Source of the DNA: an uncultured Clostridium sp.
Lineage (GTDB): Bacteria; Bacillota; Clostridia; TANB77; CAG-508
Reading direction: 5' to 3'
Length of the DNA stretch: 64,000 nucleotides
Assembly (NCBI GenBank): GCA_900554175.1
Contig: USGK01000005.1
Span: 3,707-67,706 of the forward strand
Numbering within the stretch: the stretch's first letter is position 1; each line of letters starts with the position of its first letter. A program made the position numbers and the translations under genes. The notes beneath the pieces are model-generated. The model did no database searches and had not been told where the DNA came from. It saw nothing but the letters and a program-made list of their open reading frames with translations. This document shows positions 10,271-17,580 of this stretch, piece by piece.

Positions 10271-10428
10271 TTCTACTACAACTCCCTTTCTTTTATTTTT
10301 ATAAAATCTTTTTTTACGCAGGAAAATTGATACCTTTGTAAATTCTTTTATCTAAAGGTATTATTTTGTAAGTCTATTTATGTAAATTTTTATTTATTTT
10401 TATCTCATTTCTAAAAATCGGTATATTT

Positions 10429-10457
10429 ATTATACTATAAAATCGAATTTTGGTCAA
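10429..10457 (-). promoter_or_regulatory. sigma-A type promoter of the glycan operon
   Basis: Minus strand TTGACC (10452-10457), 17-nt spacer, TATAAT (10429-10434). Leaves a leader of about 150 nt. Confidence 0.55.
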
Positions 10458-10615
10458 TATATATTTAGTATTTTGTGTATATTTTTGTCTTTTTTCATTT
10501 TTCCTTTTTGTTGTTTCCCTAGTGCAGCAAGATTTGCTTTACATAACTATTATGGTGTTTTCTATTCTTATATTTTTATTTTAGTTTTTTATATAATATA
10601 CCTTTATTTTTTTAT

Positions 10616-10666
10616 ATAAAAATTAAAAAGTATATGAAATAATATAAAATTATCTCACATACTTTT
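10616..10666 (-). terminator. intrinsic terminator after mntP
   Basis: 12-bp stem (AAAAGUAUGUGA/UCAUAUACUUUU with one G-U pair), then a U-rich tail, 30 nt after the mntP stop. Confidence 0.5.
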
Positions 10667-10696
10667 TTATAACTATTTTGCATTTGTAAATACAAA

Positions 10697-11263
10697 TTAA
10701 AATGAAATAACACCAAGATGTTCTAATAAAATTTTAATTCCAAGTAAAACTAAAATCATTCCACCAACAAATTCAGCTTTGCTTTTATACTTATCACCAA
10801 ATCTATTACCAATTTTAGTTCCGAAAACTGGTAATATAAATGAAATCACTCCTATTAAACTAATAGCCAATAACAAATTAACTTTAAAAAATGCAAATGT
10901 TATTCCTACTGCCAAGGCATCAATACTGGTTGCCACAGCTAAAAAGAACATAGTTTTAACGCCTACATCATCATTGCCATCACTTTCTTCATTACTAAAA
11001 GATTCTTTAAGCATATTTCCTCCTATTATTTCAAGTAAGGCAAATGCAATCCAATGGTCGATACTTGTTACTACACTTTCGAAAGTTGTACCTAAAAAAT
11101 AACCTATTGTAGGCATTAATGCTTGGAATCCTCCAAACCATAAACCTATTATTATTGCTTTTCTCCAGTTCATCTTTTTCATTTGAATTCCTTTACAAAT
11201 TGATACAGCAAAGGCATCCATCGCAAGGCCTATACTTAATAATACTAATTCAGTTATACTCAT
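10697..11263 (-). CDS. mntP: manganese efflux pump MntP
   Basis: [25 protein letters not shown] and a second DALAVG repeat (MntP/DUF204). Start at ATG 11263 behind AAGAGGGA. Confidence 0.8.
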   Translation of the reverse strand: MSITELVLLSIGLAMDAFAVSICKGIQMKKMNWRKAIIIGLWFGGFQALMPTIGYFLGTTFESVVTSIDHWIAFALLEIIGGNMLKESFSNEESDGNDDVGVKTMFFLAVATSIDALAVGITFAFFKVNLLLAISLIGVISFILPVFGTKIGNRFGDKYKSKAEFVGGMILVLLGIKILLEHLGVISF

Positions 11264-11289
11264 TTTAAAATCCCTCTTAATATTCAATT

Positions 11290-11781
11290 TTATTTATAAG
11301 ATACTTTATTTATTATTTTATTAATGAAAATTGAAATTATTAAAAAAATCCCAATCCCTGTTATAACACCTAAAGAATCTATTCCTACATCAATTATACT
11401 TGCACTTCTACCTTCCACAAAAAATTGATGAAATTCATCTGTACATGCATAAAGTGCTCCAATTAACAAACTAATTAAAGCTTCTTTCTTTTTCTTTAAT
11501 TTATATGTACTTATATAATTTATAATGACAATTCCACCTATTGTATAAAGAGTAAAATGAGCAAATTTTCTTACAATAGGCTCAATTGCAACTATTACGT
11601 TTTCTTTTGCAATTTCATCTAAATTAACAAATTTCATAGAAATATCTAATATTCTCGCAATAAAACCTCTGCTTGTTCCTGTCGATTCTGTTCCTGGTTG
11701 AGCAGAAAAACAAAAAACTATTATCATCCACAATATTATTAATATTAACTTAATTACCTTTTTCAATTTTTCTTTTTTCAT
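11290..11781 (-). CDS. VanZ-like family membrane protein
   Basis: [11 protein letters not shown]...[26 protein letters not shown] matches VanZ family hallmarks. Start moved to ATG 11781, downstream of the upstream stop. Confidence 0.7.
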   Translation of the reverse strand: MKKEKLKKVIKLILIILWMIIVFCFSAQPGTESTGTSRGFIARILDISMKFVNLDEIAKENVIVAIEPIVRKFAHFTLYTIGGIVIINYISTYKLKKKKEALISLLIGALYACTDEFHQFFVEGRSASIIDVGIDSLGVITGIGIFLIISIFINKIINKVSYK

Positions 11782-11797
11782 AACGCTTTTTATATTC

Positions 11798-13150
11798 CTA
11801 CACTTTCTTATATTTTTTATGTAAAAGATTAAAAAAGTAAATTTTTTGTTGTTCATTTTTCGGTAGTAAAAGTCCCATCAATATCCATTTATAAATTGCA
11901 ACATTTGTTACACTGCTATTAAACAATGCCTGAACATAGTAAGCACATAATGCTACTAGAAATATTTTGGTTAAATCAGATTTTCCAAATTCGGTATCAG
12001 ATTTTCTTATTTTATTGAATGCAAAAAAACATGTATAAAAACAAAATGCTAAATAATTTATACCTGAAAATATTCCTTGCGTTACAGTTATATGAAGGTA
12101 TTCATTATGTCCTTTATTTTGCCTCATTCTAATTGATTGATCTGGACAAATAAAAAAAGAATAATCATATATATCAAATCCCACTCCTGTAATAGGGTAT
12201 TGTTTAAGAGCTTCAATTCCAGCCTTCCAAATTTTTCCTCTTTTTGTTCCAAAATTTTGAAAGTCTGAATTCAGTTCTTCTTTTGAATTCAATATGTCTT
12301 TTTCTAATTGACCTGAGATCTTACTTATTAATAAAAAACAGATTACTACACTTATTAACAATAAAACAAATTTTACTTTATATCTTATATTTTGTCTTTG
12401 TTTCTTTTTTAAAATTATATTTAATATACTTATTAAAAATACTATTGTAATTATTCCAACCCAACCTAATCTTGTATATGTAAATAAAACACTACATTCA
12501 CATAATATTGTTCCAAAATATAAGTATATTTCTTCTTTTTTTGTATTTGAATATATAAATTTTGCTGAAAATAGTGATGTAAATATAATTGCTATTGCAG
12601 CAAAAAAATTGCAATGTTGTGTGAAACCAAAAGCTAAGTGGTCTCTTGTATGCCACTCCGGGTCGAACATTGATGTTACTGGCCATATGCCAAAATTTTG
12701 AAAAAATGCAACTGTTGCTTCTATAATTCCTAATATAAAAAAGGTATTTAATATTACTTTTTTATTTCTTTCATTCCAAATATTAGTACATAATAAAAAT
12801 AAAGTAAAATACCCCATAACTTGCAAGGGTGTTTCTGAATACCCCTTATGTCCCATAATTGAAGTTTTAATATTTTTTGAAAATATTATCGAAAATACAC
12901 AAAACAATATTGATAAAAGTATAAATATATCACTCAACACTATTTTTTTTGCTTTTATACATTTAAAAATATAATATATAGTTACAAAAACTCCAAATAT
13001 ACCTATTACACTTAATGCTTCTTCTTGCATAAAAAATTTTTTATTAAAAATAATACCTATCAATTCTAATATCGGAAATATTAGAATTGATATACATATA
13101 AATATTGTTAAAAATTTTTCATTAAGATTTTTTTCTTCTTTTTTTTCCAT
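11798..13150 (-). CDS. O-antigen ligase-like (Wzy_C domain) polytopic membrane protein
   Basis: More than 10 hydrophobic segments. NKGHNEYLHITVTQGIFSGINY resembles the Wzy_C motif. Confidence 0.65.
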   Translation of the reverse strand: MEKKEEKNLNEKFLTIFICISILIFPILELIGIIFNKKFFMQEEALSVIGIFGVFVTIYYIFKCIKAKKIVLSDIFILLSILFCVFSIIFSKNIKTSIMGHKGYSETPLQVMGYFTLFLLCTNIWNERNKKVILNTFFILGIIEATVAFFQNFGIWPVTSMFDPEWHTRDHLAFGFTQHCNFFAAIAIIFTSLFSAKFIYSNTKKEEIYLYFGTILCECSVLFTYTRLGWVGIITIVFLISILNIILKKKQRQNIRYKVKFVLLLISVVICFLLISKISGQLEKDILNSKEELNSDFQNFGTKRGKIWKAGIEALKQYPITGVGFDIYDYSFFICPDQSIRMRQNKGHNEYLHITVTQGIFSGINYLAFCFYTCFFAFNKIRKSDTEFGKSDLTKIFLVALCAYYVQALFNSSVTNVAIYKWILMGLLLPKNEQQKIYFFNLLHKKYKKV

Positions 13151-13195
13151 TTTCTTTCCTTTGTTTTATTATTTAATATTTTCTTTTCATATACT

Positions 13196-14914
13196 TTACA
13201 TTTTTTCTGGCATTTCTATTCCAAGTAATTTAGCTCCATTTTTTAGAACCATTCCTGTAGCATGAGTTATAAATACTCTTGCATTTTGTAAATCTTTATC
13301 CTCACATATTATTTTGTTTTCGTTGTAAAAATTACTAAACGCTTTTGATAATTCTATTAAATATCTTGCTAAAATTGAAGGTTCGTTTTTATCAATAACT
13401 TGTTTTAATATATTTTCAAAATTATATATTAAATTAATAATTTTTTGTGAATATTCATCTTTTATTAATTCAACATTTATTTCTTTTGAATTTGGTATTC
13501 CACCTGCTTTTTTCACAACACTTTTTGTTCTTACATATGTGTATTGTATATATGGTCCTGTTTCTCCTTGAAAGTTTAACATTAAATCTAGATCAAATAT
13601 TTCATCTTTTATTCTACTTGTCGAAAGGTCATTATAAATTACTGCTCCAATTCCAACTTTTTTTGCAATTTCCTTTTTGTTCTCTAAATTTGGATTTTTT
13701 TCTTCTATAATCTTTTCTGCCATATTTATTGCGTCTTTTAACAAATCCTCTACCTTTACAAAATTTCCAAGTCTTGTTGACATTTTTCCTGTTGATAATC
13801 TTACAAATCCATATGGTACATGTACTAAACCATCTGTGTATTTTTCTTTTAGTCCAAGTAATTTTGCAACTTCAAATATTTGTTTAAAATGTAAATTTTG
13901 TTCATATGATGTTACATATATACATTTATCAAAATCATATGTTCTAGCCCTATATAAAATTGCAGCTAAATCTCTTGTAGCATATATTGTTGAACCATTT
14001 GACTTGCAAATAATACATGGAGTTTCTATTCCTTTGTCAGATAAATCTACTATCATTGCACCTTCAGATTCTTGTAATTTTCCTGATTCTTTTATTAAGT
14101 TTATTACCTCATCTGTTTTATCTGCATAAAATGCTTCTCCATTCCATGAATCAAATTTGCTTCCTAATAGATCATATATTTTTTGGAACTCTTTTATACT
14201 TATATCTTTGAATTCCTGCCATAGCTTAGTACAATATTCATCTCCATTTTCTAAAAGTCTAAAATTTTCTCTACATGCTTCTAATACTTTTTCGTCTTCA
14301 TTGCATAGTTCATTTATTCTTTTATAAATTTCTGCTAATTTATCTATTGCATTTTCACTTAAATCGTAGTCTTTTCCCCACATTTTGTAACCTTCTATAA
14401 GTTTTCCAAATTGTGTTCCATAATCTCCTAAATGATTAACTCCTGTTACATTATATCCTAAATATTTATATATATTGTATAATGCTCCACCTATTACTGT
14501 TGTTTTTAGATGGCCTATATGAAATGGTTTTGCAATGTTTGGTGCAGAATAGTCTATTACTATATTCTTTCCTTCTCCAATTTTTGATCTTCCATATTCT
14601 TTTTCATTTGCTATTTCATTTATTACATTTTGTGTAATTATATTTTTGTTTATATAGAAATTGAGGTAACCACCAGCTATTTCTATTTGTTTAATTGAAT
14701 CATTTTTAATACCTTCAAATTCAATCTTTTCTTTTATTTCTTGAGCAATTACTAGAGGTGCTTTTTTTAGAACTTTTGCAAGTCTAAAACATGGAAAAGC
14801 ATAATCTCCATTTTTAACATCTTTTGGAACTTCTATATAACTTTTTATTTCTTCATTTTCTATGCCGGTAGCTTTTGCTACAATATCTGCTATTTCTTCT
14901 TTAAAATCTATCAT
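13196..14914 (-). CDS. argS: arginine--tRNA ligase
   Basis: 572 aa; PFHIGHL class I signature and ArgRS-type C-terminal anticodon-binding domain ending in M. Confidence 0.95.
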   Translation of the reverse strand: MIDFKEEIADIVAKATGIENEEIKSYIEVPKDVKNGDYAFPCFRLAKVLKKAPLVIAQEIKEKIEFEGIKNDSIKQIEIAGGYLNFYINKNIITQNVINEIANEKEYGRSKIGEGKNIVIDYSAPNIAKPFHIGHLKTTVIGGALYNIYKYLGYNVTGVNHLGDYGTQFGKLIEGYKMWGKDYDLSENAIDKLAEIYKRINELCNEDEKVLEACRENFRLLENGDEYCTKLWQEFKDISIKEFQKIYDLLGSKFDSWNGEAFYADKTDEVINLIKESGKLQESEGAMIVDLSDKGIETPCIICKSNGSTIYATRDLAAILYRARTYDFDKCIYVTSYEQNLHFKQIFEVAKLLGLKEKYTDGLVHVPYGFVRLSTGKMSTRLGNFVKVEDLLKDAINMAEKIIEEKNPNLENKKEIAKKVGIGAVIYNDLSTSRIKDEIFDLDLMLNFQGETGPYIQYTYVRTKSVVKKAGGIPNSKEINVELIKDEYSQKIINLIYNFENILKQVIDKNEPSILARYLIELSKAFSNFYNENKIICEDKDLQNARVFITHATGMVLKNGAKLLGIEMPEKM

Positions 14915-14938
14915 TTATTCATTCGCTCCTTTTATCTT

Positions 14939-15946
14939 TTAATCAAAATAATTAAGCATCATTGCTTCTTTAATCCTTTTCATGTTCTTTTTTGCTTCTT
15001 CTCTAGCTTTTGCAGTTCCTTCTTTTAGAATCTGATCAACAATTTCAGGATGTCCTTCATAGTATTTTCTTTTTTCTCTAATTGGTTTTAAAGTTGCAAT
15101 TATATTTTTTGCAAGCTCTTTTTTGCAGGCAACACAACCTCTTTGACCTTTTCTACATTCTTCGCAAACTTTTTTACATTCTTCCGGAGTTGTAAAAAGA
15201 TTGTGATAATATGAAACCATACAAATATCTGGATTTCCTAAGTCGTCTTTTCTTATTCTGTTTGGATCTGTTACAGCACTCATCACTTTTTTTGTTATTT
15301 CCTCATCAGAATCTGAAAGATAAATTGCATTTCCTAATGATTTTCCCATCTTTTCATTTCCATCTAAACCTTTAATTCTTTTATTTTTAGAAAGCATTAT
15401 TTCTGGCTCAACTAATATATCTCCATAAATTGAATTAAATTTTCTTACTATTTCTCTACATTGCTCAATTAGTGGTTCTTGATCTTCGCCTGTTGGTATA
15501 ATTGCTCCATTTAAGACTGTTATATCTGCTGCTTGGTTTACAGGGTAACCTAAAAAACCATATGTTACACTTTCTCCAAAAAGTTCTCTTTTTTGTGCAA
15601 TTTCTGTTTTTACAGTTGGATTTCTTTGTAATCTTGCAATTGTTACAAGATTCGAGAAAAATATTGTAAGTTCAGCTGTTTCTGGTATCATTGATTGAAT
15701 ATATATTGTTGATTTTTTTGGATCTATTCCGCATGCTAAATAATCCATTACTACTTCTCTAACATTTTTTCTAACTTTTTCAGGATTGTTAAAATTATCT
15801 GTTAATGCTTGTACATCTGCTATTAAAATAAATGTTTCATATTCTTCTTGTAATTTAACTCTATTTTGAATAGAACCAAAGTAATGCCCTATATGTAATT
15901 TTCCTGTTGGTCTGTCACCTGTTAAAATTCTTTTTTTATTTTCCAT
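14939..15946 (-). CDS. trpS: tryptophan--tRNA ligase
   Basis: TGKLHIGHY and KMGKS class I motifs; 335 aa. Confidence 0.95.
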   Translation of the reverse strand: MENKKRILTGDRPTGKLHIGHYFGSIQNRVKLQEEYETFILIADVQALTDNFNNPEKVRKNVREVVMDYLACGIDPKKSTIYIQSMIPETAELTIFFSNLVTIARLQRNPTVKTEIAQKRELFGESVTYGFLGYPVNQAADITVLNGAIIPTGEDQEPLIEQCREIVRKFNSIYGDILVEPEIMLSKNKRIKGLDGNEKMGKSLGNAIYLSDSDEEITKKVMSAVTDPNRIRKDDLGNPDICMVSYYHNLFTTPEECKKVCEECRKGQRGCVACKKELAKNIIATLKPIREKRKYYEGHPEIVDQILKEGTAKAREEAKKNMKRIKEAMMLNYFD

Positions 15947-16030
15947 ATTAAAATCCCTTCCTTTCTTTTAAGCTACAAAATTTTATTAAGAAGATTTACT
16001 TTCTTTTTATTAAAACAATCTAAATATCAC

Positions 16031-16069
16031 TTTTTAAAAAGGCATTTTGATAATAACAATCAAAATGCC
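16031..16069 (-). terminator. intrinsic terminator after cysS
   Basis: Perfect 10-bp stem GGCATTTTGA/TCAAAATGCC (16041-16069) followed on the minus strand by TTTTT. Confidence 0.7.
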
Positions 16070-16098
16070 AATTTATTATTGTTTGCTTATTTGATATT

Positions 16099-17484
16099 TT
16101 ATTTTTTTATTTCATATCCTTCTTTTGTATCTTTTATTGTATATCCTTTAGACAAAATTTCATCTCTTAATTTATCTGACTCTGCCCAATTTTTGTTTAT
16201 TCTAGCCTGCTTTCTTTTTTCTGCTAATTCTATTATCTCTTTTGGAATATTATTTTCTTCTTGTACAGGTTTTCTATCTATATCTATTGCTAAAATAGTA
16301 TCAAATTTTGCAAGCAATTTTGCAATGTCAGGAGATTTTTTTTCGTATTTTATAGCATCCCATACTATTCCCATTGCTAATGGTATATTTAAATCATCAT
16401 TTATTGCTTTGTGGAATTTTTCTTCAAATTCATTTATTGTATCGCATGATACATTATCCTTACCATTTAAATGTTTTTGATATCCTTCTCTTAATTTTAT
16501 AAGAGCTTTTGAGTTTGCTTCTATTCCTTCCCATGTAAAGTTTATTTTGTTTCTATAACTTCCTGTGTATGTAAACATTCTATACACTAGTGGATCGTAT
16601 CCTCTTTTTATAATATCATTTAATAGATATACATTTCCTAAACTTTTTGACATTTTTCCGCCGTTTATTAATAAGTACTCTCCATGCATCCAATACCTAG
16701 CTGGTATTTTTCCATATGCACCTTTACTTTGTGCAATTTCATTTTCGTGGTGTGTTGGAATTAAATCAATTCCACCTGTATGTATATCAAATGTTTCTCC
16801 TAAATATTTTTGGCCCATTGCTGAGCATTCTATATGCCATCCTGGATAGCTTAGTCCCCATGGGCTTTCCCATTTCATTAAATGATTTTCTGGTGCTTTT
16901 ATCCATACTGCAAAGTCGTATGGATTTCTTTTTTCAGGATCAACTTCGACTCTAGCTCCTGCTTTTTGATTTCTAACATCTATTCCTGACAATATGCCAT
17001 ACTTATCTAATTTTGATACATCAAAATATATAGCTGTAGATGTTTCATAAGCGTAACCATTATCTATTAGTCTTTTTACATATTCAATCATTTCTTTAAT
17101 GTGATCTGTTGCTTTGCACACTATTTCGGGAGTTTCTATATTTAATGCTTTTAAGTCTTCAAAAAATAATTTTGTATAATATTCAGCTATTTCTTTTGGA
17201 TCTTTATGCATTTCTTTTGCTGATTTTATCATTTTGTCTTCTCCTTCATCAGCATCTGAAACTAAATGTCCAACATCTGTTATGTTCATTACATGTTTTA
17301 ACTTATATCCATTATACTTAAGTACTCTTCTTAATACATCTTGAAATATAATTGTTCTCATATTTCCTATTGTTGCGTCTTTGTAAACTGTTGGTCCACA
17401 TGAATACATTCTTACTTCGTTACCATTTTCAGGCTTAAACATTTCTTTTTGTTTTGTTAGTGTGTTATAAAAATATATATCCAT
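16099..17484 (-). CDS. cysS: cysteine--tRNA ligase
   Basis: 461 aa; CGPTVY, GWHIECS and KMSKSLGN motifs. Confidence 0.95.
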   Translation of the reverse strand: MDIYFYNTLTKQKEMFKPENGNEVRMYSCGPTVYKDATIGNMRTIIFQDVLRRVLKYNGYKLKHVMNITDVGHLVSDADEGEDKMIKSAKEMHKDPKEIAEYYTKLFFEDLKALNIETPEIVCKATDHIKEMIEYVKRLIDNGYAYETSTAIYFDVSKLDKYGILSGIDVRNQKAGARVEVDPEKRNPYDFAVWIKAPENHLMKWESPWGLSYPGWHIECSAMGQKYLGETFDIHTGGIDLIPTHHENEIAQSKGAYGKIPARYWMHGEYLLINGGKMSKSLGNVYLLNDIIKRGYDPLVYRMFTYTGSYRNKINFTWEGIEANSKALIKLREGYQKHLNGKDNVSCDTINEFEEKFHKAINDDLNIPLAMGIVWDAIKYEKKSPDIAKLLAKFDTILAIDIDRKPVQEENNIPKEIIELAEKRKQARINKNWAESDKLRDEILSKGYTIKDTKEGYEIKK

Positions 17485-17500
17485 AGACTTCTCTCCTTAA

Positions 17501-17579
17501 AAAGGTAATTGAGGAACATTTTAGCAATTACCTATTTTTCTTTTAAAGGCAATTTCTAATATGTTCCTAAATTACCTTT
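17501..17579 (-). promoter_or_regulatory. structured PBP-cysS intergenic element (nested inverted repeats, terminator-like hairpin abutting the cysS RBS)
   Basis: GGTAATTG(17504-17511)/CAATTACC(17525-17532) hairpin plus T5. The same 3-prime arm can instead pair over 19 nt (one mismatch) with 17561-17579. Confidence 0.45.
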
Positions 17580-17580
17580 C

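Noticed and set aside
11264-11289. yybP-ykoY manganese riboswitch upstream of mntP.
   Set aside because: Only 26 nt separate mntP from the VanZ-like gene stop, so there is no room for the element. mntP appears to be co-transcribed with the upstream genes.
15947-16098. T-box leaders upstream of trpS, cysS and argS.
   Set aside because: The available leaders are only about 85, 97 and 24 nt, far shorter than a T-box riboswitch, and no T-box consensus (AAUUAGGGUGGUACCGCG-like) is present.
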